A stretch of 64,000 bases of DNA from a virus (taxonomy: Duplodnaviria > Heunggongvirae > Uroviricota > Caudoviricetes): the IMG/VR virus record IMGVR_UViG_3300042456_000759; one strand, 5' to 3'. Each line of letters opens with the position of its first letter. Position 1 is the stretch's first letter. The translations under genes were made by a program, and so were the position numbers. Under the pieces are notes generated by a model. It did not search any database and was not told where the DNA came from. It worked only from the letters and a program-made list of their open reading frames with translations. Shown one piece after another: positions 52,469 to 61,185 of the stretch.

Positions 52469-52808
52469 ATACTGTTTTTTCTATTGTTTTAGGATTTACA
52501 ATTTTTATATCTTTTTCTTTTAATACTTCTAAATCATCATAATTTTTAGATATTTTGATATAATTATTATTTAATTTATGTCTTAATATAATTATATCTT
52601 GATTATTTGTAAGATTTGAAGCTCTATATTTTTGTATTAATTCAAAATTTTCAAATATATCCATTCCATAAATAAAATTATTAAAATATAGATCGTTCTT
52701 ACTTATAGCAGATTTAAATTCTTTTAAAATCTCTTTAGGAGTTAAAGGATAAGCTATAGGTTTTAAGCTATCATTTAACAATTGTATAATTTCTTCTTCT
52801 TTATTCAT
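52461..52808 (-). CDS. Hypothetical phage protein, paralog 2 of a tandem trio
   Basis: Ends KIVNPKTIEKTVYE. Confidence 0.6.
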   Translation of the reverse strand: MNKEEEIIQLLNDSLKPIAYPLTPKEILKEFKSAISKNDLYFNNFIYGMDIFENFELIQKYRASNLTNNQDIIILRHKLNNNYIKISKNYDDLEVLKEKDIKIVNPKTIEKTVYE

Positions 52809-53091
52809 AAATAGTTACAGTTTTAGATATTGGTGTTACATATTTAATACTTTTAATATGTTCATTTTCTCCATAAGAATCGGTTTCTTTAGTAACTTGA
52901 AGATATAAATTTTCTTCATTATTATAATATACAGATGTAAGTATACCATAATCTCCTTGACTCTTTTCATCATAATATCCTGTTGATGTTTCTTCTTCAA
53001 CTAATCCAAACTTAAAAAGTGCTAATCTATTTGTTATAGCACTAGGATTAAGATCTTCTAATATCTTTTCTAAAATCTCTAATTTATTCAT
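52801..53091 (-). CDS. Hypothetical phage protein, paralog 3 of a tandem trio
   Basis: ETDSYGE...YVTPISKTVTIYE. Confidence 0.6.
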   Translation of the reverse strand: MNKLEILEKILEDLNPSAITNRLALFKFGLVEEETSTGYYDEKSQGDYGILTSVYYNNEENLYLQVTKETDSYGENEHIKSIKYVTPISKTVTIYE

Positions 53092-53833
53092 TGTTTAAAA
53101 ATTGTTTATAATTAAAAAAAGGTTTTATTAATTTTGGATAATTAAATATAATAAATATAGCTTCCCATAAAGGAGCATGATTTAAAATAAATTTCTTTAA
53201 CATTATATTATAATTAATCCTATAATCTGGATGGAAACTTCTTTCCATTGCCATAACCATTACTTCTTCCTGAACTAAATTCAGTTTTTCTTCAAAAGAT
53301 AACATATTAAATTTATCTTCACTTACATCTACTTCACTATCATCTTTTAATATTTTACAATATGTTGGAGTTAATTGTCCTTTAAAATGAGAATGTTTTA
53401 TTAACATTTCATGTAAATCATCATGTTTTATTGGATATTTAATAGCATTTGTAAAAAAATCATTAGCAGACATATCTAAATTACTTCGTTTATTCTTTTC
53501 ATGTATTGTATTCCAAAATAAATACAATTCATTAAATAATTCCATATCAAAAAGATAATCATATTTTGACGTAATAATTTTATGAATATCCCACATGTGC
53601 TTATCCCAACCAATATCCCAACCAACTACATGACTAACTTTTAAAGTTAATAAATCATTTAAAGAACATATTTCATCATTTCTTCTTGTAATAATTGGAT
53701 TATATAGATATTCAGTAATACCAATTTTACCTGAATGCTGTTTATCATCAACAGCATAATCTACATCTTTTATAGATCTATTACTTAGACTATAATATTG
53801 AAGGGCTTTACTCCCTATTAATACTTTCTTCAT
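53084..53833 (-). CDS. Pol-beta-like nucleotidyltransferase-fold protein
   Basis: LIGSKAL...KDVDY (GS...DxD), followed by LLTLKVSH...W.KHMWDI. Confidence 0.6.
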   Translation of the reverse strand: MKKVLIGSKALQYYSLSNRSIKDVDYAVDDKQHSGKIGITEYLYNPIITRRNDEICSLNDLLTLKVSHVVGWDIGWDKHMWDIHKIITSKYDYLFDMELFNELYLFWNTIHEKNKRSNLDMSANDFFTNAIKYPIKHDDLHEMLIKHSHFKGQLTPTYCKILKDDSEVDVSEDKFNMLSFEEKLNLVQEEVMVMAMERSFHPDYRINYNIMLKKFILNHAPLWEAIFIIFNYPKLIKPFFNYKQFLNNE

Positions 53834-54173
53834 AATTTTTTATTGTTTCCTCAAAATAGTTAATAATGATATTACTTCTAACAGTTAAATATTCTCTATA
53901 TATCTTTTGATAATTATTCTCAGAACGATATAGAGTATTATCATCTTTATGAAGAATTATATATCCATATTTATTTATTACATCATTTATCTCTGTATAT
54001 TTATCTCCTGATAATTGTTTTAATTCATTTAATACATGTTGCCATATTGAATAATTTGATAATCTTATACTAGTTAAATGGTTTATTAATTGTTCTAATT
54101 CACTTATAAAAGTATTTATATCTCCCTGAAATATATAATAATGATGAATATGACTACGAGTATAAGTTTTCAT
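53808..54173 (-). CDS. Hypothetical protein (121 aa), paralog of 54488..54862
   Basis: Shared YGY...LY...NN...YREY...I pattern. Confidence 0.55.
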   Translation of the reverse strand: MKTYTRSHIHHYYIFQGDINTFISELEQLINHLTSIRLSNYSIWQHVLNELKQLSGDKYTEINDVINKYGYIILHKDDNTLYRSENNYQKIYREYLTVRSNIIINYFEETIKNYEESINRE

Positions 54174-54507
54174 TGTTATTTATTTTTTCAGCTTTTTCAA
54201 ATAATTTATCTAATTTTATAGATATATTTTTATTATTATCATTCATTATATCAGAGACAGTAATAAAATCTGTTATATTACTATTAATTTCTATATAACT
54301 TTCTTTATCTTGTGAAAATATTTTTATATATACTGTCTTATTTTTCAAATTATGATAAATTATATCCTTCCATCCAGATTTAATTTCTCCTATATCATTA
54401 AACCATCCATCATATTCTTTTTGATCTATGAATTCTTTATTAAGAGCGTCTTTTAATATGACTATAATATCTGAAATAAAATTAACTTTATAATAAATTT
54501 GTTTCAT
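54154..54507 (-). CDS. Hypothetical protein (117 aa)
   Basis: ORF track; overlaps neighbours. Confidence 0.5.
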   Translation of the reverse strand: MKQIYYKVNFISDIIVILKDALNKEFIDQKEYDGWFNDIGEIKSGWKDIIYHNLKNKTVYIKIFSQDKESYIEINSNITDFITVSDIMNDNNKNISIKLDKLFEKAEKINNNENLYS

Positions 54508-54862
54508 AAGTTCTTATTATATCTTCTATTTTATTAATAGTTATCTCAGTTCTTTTAAATTTAGATTCTTGATATTCTCTATAAACGTTAGAGAAATTAT
54601 TAGAACTATTATGATAAAGATTATATTTACCATCGTCACGTTGTTCTAATTCAAAAACTAAATAACCATATTCTTTATAACGTGCTTTAAGTGATATATA
54701 TGATATAAGCGGAGAAATTTTATTTTCTTTATCTACCCATGATCCATAATTTATTAAGTTATATAGTTTATGTAAGTTATTAATAAAATTAATTAAATTG
54801 TCTTCATCTATATCTTTTTCAAAAATATAGTATATTTTACCTTTATAAGTATATATTTCCAT
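54488..54862 (-). CDS. Hypothetical protein (124 aa), paralog of 53808..54173
   Basis: YGYLVF...LYHNSSNNFSNVYREY. Confidence 0.55.
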   Translation of the reverse strand: MEIYTYKGKIYYIFEKDIDEDNLINFINNLHKLYNLINYGSWVDKENKISPLISYISLKARYKEYGYLVFELEQRDDGKYNLYHNSSNNFSNVYREYQESKFKRTEITINKIEDIIRTYETNLL

Positions 54863-54880
54863 TATTTAATATTTAAAATA

Positions 54881-54908
54881 AAAAGGTTAGATGTTACTCT
54901 AACCTTTT
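54881..54908. terminator. Intrinsic terminator after VWA exon 2
   Basis: aaaaggttaga-tgttac-tctaacctttt, a perfect 11 bp inverted repeat. Confidence 0.85.
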
Positions 54909-54915
54909 TAAGAAT

Positions 54916-55164
54916 CTAATCATAATTAAATGAGATATAAGAACCTCCTGTATCTTCACATAATGCTTTTAATTGATCATTTGCTTGTGATATAGTTATA
55001 GCATTAGTTTTCCAGTTAACACTAGTTTTTACAGAATCATTCCCATCATTAACTATTAATATTTCAGGACGTTCATGAGAAAGATCTATATTTAAATTAT
55101 ATAGTTTTTTATTATTTACTATTTCCTTTTCAATAGAATTAATAACGTGTCCGACCTGAGTGTC
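54916..55164 (-). CDS. Exon 2 of the intron-split VWA-domain gene (82 aa, DTQVGHV...ILIVNDGND...LCEDTGGSY)
   Basis: Open frame with no start codon of its own. Supplies the MIDAS Thr and the NDG Asp missing from exon 1, and joins in frame after splicing. Confidence 0.85.
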   Translation of the reverse strand, partial: DTQVGHVINSIEKEIVNNKKLYNLNIDLSHERPEILIVNDGNDSVKTSVNWKTNAITISQANDQLKALCEDTGGSYISFNYD

Positions 55165-56305
55165 CGTTAAATTAAAATTTAGTTTTTTTTCTTTCTAAGT
55201 AAATCGTTGCATTTGAATAAATAAAATCTTTAAAGTTTTGTACATCTTTTTTAGATGAAAATCTTAAAGTTCTTGTTGTATTATTCCTATTAGGAAATCG
55301 ACAACTTAATTTTGTTTTATTTAATCCAATTTTATTAATTAATAAATCTTGTAAACAAGTTAAAAACATTTCTGTTCCAACAATTTCTACACATGGATTT
55401 TTTCCATTTTTATACCAAATACAACCATCCCCATCAAAATAACCTCTAATAAAATGATGAATTAAATTATCAGGGACTTGTGTAGGAAATTCAAGAATAA
55501 ATGATTTATTATTTAAACAACCTTTATCAATTAAATGCTTATAAAAATATTTATTAACAATCATTAACGTTTTTAAAACCTTTCTATGAAGAAATTTTTT
55601 AGGAGGTTTGATTGTATAAATAGGTTTATTTGTATTAATAACGTCTTTAAATTTTTCAATTATAGGTAAATCCTCTTCTTGTAAAGTTAAAGTAACAGAA
55701 TTTCTTTTAATAGATACATATCCATCTGCATATAAATAACCTAAATAATAAGCTTTATCTTCCGTATCAATATCTTTAAAATATTGCTCATTTAATGAAT
55801 ATTTTTTCACAAACTGTGTATTATTTACAATTTTTACACCGTTTTCTTTTAATATTCTTGTAATAGGTATATTTGATAATTGAAATTTATCTGCTATTTT
55901 TTTAATACTAAACTTTTTAATTGTATAAAGTTCTATAACTTCTTTGATTTGTTCTTTTGACAGATTTACTTTTTTCATATTATATTATTTGTATAATACA
56001 ATATACGGAAATATAATAATTTAACCAAATTTTAATTTATAATATTCAATATAATTCGTTAAATTATATTCGGAATTAAATCCAGCTTATAGTTTCCTAT
56101 AAGATTAGACTATATCTTCATCCTATACTCTATAGGATGTCTACCTTTTCCATTCACTTGAATGTACTCCCTTGCGGGATAGTCGTTACACCTTCTTATT
56201 TCTAAGCTTGGCTCGGTATTGTCTTCAGCATTATCTGTTAAGAGTTCCACCGAATTAGATAGATTTATTTTTGTATAAATTACTTTATACCGAGGCAACA
56301 CTTTT
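55165..56305 (-). mobile_element. Group I intron (IA2-like), 1141 nt, carrying a homing endonuclease
   Basis: P1: exon GAGGU pairs with IGS GCCUC, with U.G at the splice site. P10: AGUGUU with exon-2 GACACU. P3: UCUAUCU/AGGUAGA. P7: GACUA/UAGUC. P7.1: UCCC-GCAA-GGGA. P7.2: CAUUC/GAAUG. P8: CAUCCUAUA/UAUAGGAUG. P9: CUUAUAG-GAAA-CUAUAAG. Terminal G at 55165. Confidence 0.92.
55172..55978 (-). CDS. Intron-encoded LAGLIDADG homing endonuclease (two-motif type) with N-terminal HTH
   Basis: YYLGYLYADGYV and HFIRGYFDGDGCI; N-terminal SIKKIADKFQLS HTH-like segment. Confidence 0.9.
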   Translation of the reverse strand: MKKVNLSKEQIKEVIELYTIKKFSIKKIADKFQLSNIPITRILKENGVKIVNNTQFVKKYSLNEQYFKDIDTEDKAYYLGYLYADGYVSIKRNSVTLTLQEEDLPIIEKFKDVINTNKPIYTIKPPKKFLHRKVLKTLMIVNKYFYKHLIDKGCLNNKSFILEFPTQVPDNLIHHFIRGYFDGDGCIWYKNGKNPCVEIVGTEMFLTCLQDLLINKIGLNKTKLSCRFPNRNNTTRTLRFSSKKDVQNFKDFIYSNATIYLERKKTKF

Positions 56306-57298
56306 ACCTCCACCAGGATTAAAATTAAATGTTTTCCAAAATTCTAATGCAGATTGTTCATCATAAATATGTGTAAATTTATAGGATTTTATAGTTCCTT
56401 CAGTTAAAAACATACTTATAAATACTTCACACTCTTTAATCATAGCATATTGTAATCTATTAGCTACAATAGCATAAACCCATTCTTTTTTAAAATTCTC
56501 ATTCATTGATCCACTGTCGTCAATAAGGATAATAATCTTTTGTTTTTTAGTTTCAGGTTTAACAGGAACATTAGTAATTAACGTTTTCTGAGCTAATCTA
56601 ATATCATAATCAGGTAACATTCTTTGATATAATGGACTTCTCATAATATCTTCAAAATGGGTTAATCGTTTCTGTTTAGTTTTAGGAGCATTTTGTACTC
56701 TTTTATCTGTAACTTTCTTTTTAACTTCAAAAGATTTACCAAAACTTTCTACTTTAGCTATACGTCTAAGAAAATCTACATTTTTTTTAAAAGTATTAAT
56801 ATCTTTTCTATTTTCTTTTAATTTTTGTAAATTAGGGTTTTCCCATTCTCCTTTTCCTGGTAGATTATCTCTCATTTCTTGCATGAAATCATCTTGAGTA
56901 GAAGGTTCTGCTCCTTCCATAAAACTTTCTGGATCTTGTTGACCAGCTATTTCTTTCATATATTGCAATAAAAAGAGAGCTTTATCTATGAATGTATAAC
57001 CTGGAATATATTCATTATATAAACCTTCATAAAAATTTGTTTTTTTAGCTAATTTTTCTTGTTGTTGCTCATTAAATTTACTCATGTCTTTAAAACTATC
57101 ATCAATATAGTCTTTATTCCACATCATTTGATGAGAAAAAAATCTAGTTAGTTCCTGAAAAAATTCAGGTCTAACATAATTCATCTTATTATTTTGTAAG
57201 ATAGAAGTACTATACCCCAAAGTAGGAGTATAGTACCATTCATTATCTTTAATAAATAAGGGTTTTTCTGCTTTTTCCTTAAAATTAAACCAATTCAT
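56306..57298 (-). CDS. Exon 1 of the VWA-domain protein (331 codons; spliced product 413 aa)
   Basis: IIILIDDSGSM (MIDAS DxSxS); ends FNPGGG at the 5' splice site; directly downstream of a MoxR-like AAA gene. Confidence 0.85.
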
Positions 57299-58476
57299 TA
57301 TTTTTTATTTAATTGATCGAGTCCTGTTAATTTTTGCAACTCATTCATATTTTTCTCTAAAATTTGATTCCATTTCTCATCTAACATTGTTACTTTCTTC
57401 ATTAATTCATCATCAGTTTTAGTTTTAGATAACTCTTCTTTAGATCTTTTAATTGTTTGTAACGCTTCTTTAAATACTGGTAAATTAATAGTTTGGAATC
57501 CACCAGAAAAATCAATAGTATTAATTTGTTTAATAGCCTCATCAACTTTATCTGTTAATTCATCAATTCGAGCTACAGATTTATATTTTTTAATACTTTC
57601 TTGAACTACAGATTTTGCTCTTTCAGAAGTAAATTCTGCAACATAAGACATATAATCTGTTCCTGCTTCTTCCATTCCTAATAATACTTTTACAGCAGTT
57701 CTTGGTGAAACAATAAGTTTATCTTTAGCCAATTCTCCTAAAATATATGCTAAAGTTTTATTACTTTTTCCAAAACATTCTTTAAACATATGAGAATAGT
57801 TTTCTGCATTATAAGCAGGCCATTCTACTTTAACTTCCATTACAAAACGTTCCATTAAAGCTTTTAAAGATGCATTATCTGTAGCAAAATCTGCACGAGA
57901 TTTATTAGTACAAATAACAATCATTTTAGTTTTTAAAGGATGACGTTGTGTACCATTTCTAAATTCTTTAGAAGTCAATATATCTTTTAATGCTTCTAAA
58001 ACAAAATCTGGAGCATCTAAAGCTTCTTCAAATACTACATATTCCTCATTCATAAATGAATTTTCAATTAAATATTCGATTGCTCCTGGCTTTTTTATAT
58101 AAATAGGTTGCACATCATTAATATCTAATCCTGCTTCTAACGCAGCTTTCTTAGCTTCTGCTGTAGCTTTATGATCAATAATACCATGACTAAATAAACC
58201 TAAATCTACACCACCTAATAGAGCATCAATAGTAGTACCACTACCTAAAGATTTTACATAAGGGTTAATGCCTAAATCTTTGAAATATTTATTAACTATT
58301 TCAGATTTACCAAATCCACCCATTCCCCATAAAATAATATTTTCTCCTGATTTACGAGCTAATTCAAGTCCTTTAAATACATGATCTGCATATACAAATT
58401 TAGAAGGGACGTGTTTTGTTTTAATTTCTTGTTGAATACCTTGTTCCATACTTGGGATTTCATTAATTGTTGCCAT
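57298..58476 (-). CDS. MoxR/RavA-like AAA+ ATPase
   Basis: ILWGMGGFGKS (Walker A), VVFEE (Walker B), ICTN (sensor I), ALMERF (Arg finger), SPRT (sensor II). Confidence 0.8.
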   Translation of the reverse strand: MATINEIPSMEQGIQQEIKTKHVPSKFVYADHVFKGLELARKSGENIILWGMGGFGKSEIVNKYFKDLGINPYVKSLGSGTTIDALLGGVDLGLFSHGIIDHKATAEAKKAALEAGLDINDVQPIYIKKPGAIEYLIENSFMNEEYVVFEEALDAPDFVLEALKDILTSKEFRNGTQRHPLKTKMIVICTNKSRADFATDNASLKALMERFVMEVKVEWPAYNAENYSHMFKECFGKSNKTLAYILGELAKDKLIVSPRTAVKVLLGMEEAGTDYMSYVAEFTSERAKSVVQESIKKYKSVARIDELTDKVDEAIKQINTIDFSGGFQTINLPVFKEALQTIKRSKEELSKTKTDDELMKKVTMLDEKWNQILEKNMNELQKLTGLDQLNKK

Positions 58477-58502
58477 TGTTTATAAGATTTTTTATTTGTT
58501 TG

Positions 58503-59045
58503 TTAAAAAGAGAGTAAATTAAAATTACTTTTTTGTTTATATAATATTTCTGTTCCATTGAATTTTCTAAATTCTATTATTTTTTTTATTTCTTCTAATG
58601 TTATATTAGTAGATACAGGATCATTAAAAAAGTCAATTCCTATTAATAATGCTTTATCAAAAATCATATCTTTAGGATGTTGACCTTTCCATAAAAATCC
58701 ATTTATATCTATATCGTGTTTTCTAAGCTTTTTAGAATTAATTATTTCTTGTTCAGCTTGTTGTTCTTCTTCACTTAATTTTTTTAATTTATCTTCTGTA
58801 TATTTTTCAATTTGAGAAGCAATATTTATTAAATTGTTTTTTTTAATATATAATATATGATTTAAACCATCTTTTTCTTGCTCAATATCACTATCCCATT
58901 CATCTCTATCAAAAAATGAATACATATAATCAAAACAACTTCCTGCTTCAGAAACAGGAATATCTACTTCTTTAATGTCAAAAATATTAGGATCTATTTC
59001 AAAACCTTTAATTATCTTCATAAATATTTTCACTTCTTTGAGCAA
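58503..59045 (-). CDS. Hypothetical protein (up to 180 aa)
   Basis: ORF track; the true start may be MKIIKG. Confidence 0.5.
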   Translation of the reverse strand: MLKEVKIFMKIIKGFEIDPNIFDIKEVDIPVSEAGSCFDYMYSFFDRDEWDSDIEQEKDGLNHILYIKKNNLINIASQIEKYTEDKLKKLSEEEQQAEQEIINSKKLRKHDIDINGFLWKGQHPKDMIFDKALLIGIDFFNDPVSTNITLEEIKKIIEFRKFNGTEILYKQKSNFNLLSF

Positions 59046-59544
59046 AATTTTCTTTTACTAGCTCTCCTGAAGTTAAATCAAATGAAAGAGCTGCTGTTGT
59101 ATCTTTTGTACGAATAATTGCAGTTAAACCTTTATTCATAGTAAACGTTTCATCACTCATTATTTCTTGTAATTCTTCTGCATCAAGTTTTTTCAATTCT
59201 TTTATAACATCTTTATCATCTTCCATGTATCCAATAGCTAAAAAATAATAACCTAATATATCCCAATTTTGAGTTTCTTTAACTTTTGTTAAAGAATAAT
59301 TGAAAAATAAACCTAAATTTAATTCTTCTTCTTTTAGTTTATTATCCTTCGTAGTAGCTTCTAATTTCCAAATCATTTGTAATAACATAAATTTTTGGTG
59401 ATCTATGTTCATTATTTTAATTTCATTAGTTTCTTGATCTTTAGCAATAATAACATATAAAGGATATTTAAAAGATTCATTATTTTTTAAGATATCACAT
59501 GTTTTTTGTACATTTTTCTTAATGACATTATATAATTCCTGCAT
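59008..59544 (-). CDS. Hypothetical protein (178 aa)
   Basis: ORF track; overlaps neighbours. Confidence 0.55.
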   Translation of the reverse strand: MQELYNVIKKNVQKTCDILKNNESFKYPLYVIIAKDQETNEIKIMNIDHQKFMLLQMIWKLEATTKDNKLKEEELNLGLFFNYSLTKVKETQNWDILGYYFLAIGYMEDDKDVIKELKKLDAEELQEIMSDETFTMNKGLTAIIRTKDTTAALSFDLTSGELVKENFAQRSENIYEDN

Positions 59545-60001
59545 CTCTTAATAATTCTAATTCATTTTTTAATTCTTCTAATTCTTTTTCAAATCTTTGC
59601 ATTGATTCTTCAATTACATTCATATCTTCTCCAACAGGACTATACTTTCTATGTAATAATTTATTGACTTTCTTTACTATAACATCTAAATTTCTTCCTA
59701 AAAAGAAACATGTAGATGCTATTTCAGGCCATGTATAGTTTTCTTCTTTATCTAATTCTAATAAAAGATTATTAAGTAAAGCTATAGTATTTCCTTTTAC
59801 TGTAATACTATCTTCTTCTTGTTCAACGTTTAGAACACTTCCTATTCTTTCTAAGAAACTATCATCATTTAATAAATTATCTAATCTTTTCTTAGCAGGA
59901 TCAAATTTTCCAAAAATATCCCATGCTTCAAATTCATCTCCACTTCCTAATTGTGAGTCTTGAAAAGATAATAAATCTTCAAATTTATAAATTGTACTCA
60001 T
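59528..60001 (-). CDS. Hypothetical acidic protein (157 aa)
   Basis: ORF track; TAATG coupling. Confidence 0.55.
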   Translation of the reverse strand: MSTIYKFEDLLSFQDSQLGSGDEFEAWDIFGKFDPAKKRLDNLLNDDSFLERIGSVLNVEQEEDSITVKGNTIALLNNLLLELDKEENYTWPEIASTCFFLGRNLDVIVKKVNKLLHRKYSPVGEDMNVIEESMQRFEKELEELKNELELLRDAGII

Positions 60002-60264
60002 TATTTTACTTTATATGTTATACCACTAATTTTTAATTCACTAATAGTTTGTAAATTAACATTACGTAAACCAGATGTACCATCTTTAATATTAGTATCT
60101 CGTAATAATACATATCCTAATGGATTTGTTTCACGTTTACTGTATTGTGCATTCATAATTCTTTTTGAACCGTCTTTTTCTGTAAAAGTCACTCCAAAAA
60201 AATGACCTTTAGTTTGCTGAATTAAATTGAATGCTGCTGTTTTGTTAATGAATTGCTTTGCCAT
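60001..60264 (-). CDS. Small Sm-like/WYL_2-type SH3-fold protein (87 aa)
   Basis: FFGVTFTEKDGSKRIMNA...RNVNLQTI resembles DUF2693-type phage proteins. Confidence 0.5.
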   Translation of the reverse strand: MAKQFINKTAAFNLIQQTKGHFFGVTFTEKDGSKRIMNAQYSKRETNPLGYVLLRDTNIKDGTSGLRNVNLQTISELKISGITYKVK

Positions 60265-60270
60265 AATTTA

Positions 60271-60840
60271 TTATTTAATGTTATTTAATATGTTTTCTAT
60301 GTTATTAATTATTTTATCAGTAGATAAACGTTGTTTTTTATCTAAATGACTTTCTTCTATAAGATATATTCTATGATGTTTATCATAAACTAAATATACT
60401 CGTTCTCTTCTACCATTTATATCTGTGATTATATATTCATTATTTTTAACATATAATAAAGTTTCTTGAGTTAAACTTATTGGATCAGAAATTTTTTTAC
60501 CCTTAATTCTATAAAAAGAACGTATTTTAGTGATATCTATTGCTACAAAAGAATATATAAAAATAAAAGAAGCTTTTATATATACTATAGATCCTTTTTC
60601 ATATTTTGGTGGAATATATTCGAAATTTGGTACTAATTCAAAACTTGATTCACAAACAAATTTATCAAAATGCCCTGTTTTTGGGTTTCCTTCATATTTT
60701 TCTTTAATTCTATATCCAGGAGATTTACTATAATATCCTGTTTCAGTAATTGTGGCTATTTTTCCTATTTCTGAAGGAGGAAAACCTAAACCACAATTAG
60801 TAATTTTTACTTTATCTCCTACTTTAAATTTATAGGTCAT
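60271..60840 (-). CDS. KOW/SH3-like protein (189 aa), paralog of 60837..61088
   Basis: YKFKVGDKVKI...GFPPSEIGKIATIT. Confidence 0.6.
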   Translation of the reverse strand: MTYKFKVGDKVKITNCGLGFPPSEIGKIATITETGYYSKSPGYRIKEKYEGNPKTGHFDKFVCESSFELVPNFEYIPPKYEKGSIVYIKASFIFIYSFVAIDITKIRSFYRIKGKKISDPISLTQETLLYVKNNEYIITDINGRRERVYLVYDKHHRIYLIEESHLDKKQRLSTDKIINNIENILNNIK

Positions 60841-61088
60841 ATTAATAATAATATAGAATTATTTTTTGGTGCTTTTTTATATAGTTTAAAACTTGCTTTT
60901 CCTACAAATCCATCAAGCTTACCTGATGTTGGATTTCCATAATATTTTTCTTCAATTAAATATCCTGGTCCAGAAAAGTATTGTCCTTTAGCAGTAATTG
61001 TAGCTATTTTTCCTACTTCTGAAGGCCAAAAACCTGAACCAGAATCATTAATTTGTACTTTATCTCCTATGTTAAATTTGTATTTCAT
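60837..61088 (-). CDS. KOW/SH3-like protein (83 aa), paralog of 60271..60840
   Basis: YKFNIGDKVQI...GFWPSEVGKIATIT. Confidence 0.6.
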   Translation of the reverse strand: MKYKFNIGDKVQINDSGSGFWPSEVGKIATITAKGQYFSGPGYLIEEKYYGNPTSGKLDGFVGKASFKLYKKAPKNNSILLLI

Positions 61089-61185
61089 TAATCATTTGTA
61101 TTTTATTAATTAAATATTAATATAAGTCCTTGTTCATTTAATATTGAAATTATTTCTTTTACTCCTTTAATTTGTGTTGTCATTT

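Noticed and set aside
56285-56305. C-terminal KSVASV of ORF 56285..57298
   Set aside because: Read-through into the intron 5' end (IGS); not part of the spliced protein.
56110-56313. 67 aa - strand ORF (MEVKVLPRY...)
   Set aside because: It coincides with the catalytic core of the group I intron; the sequence is explained by RNA structure.
45065-60733. Short + strand ORFs 45065..45298, 50346..50549 and 60530..60733
   Set aside because: Antisense shadows of better-supported - strand genes.
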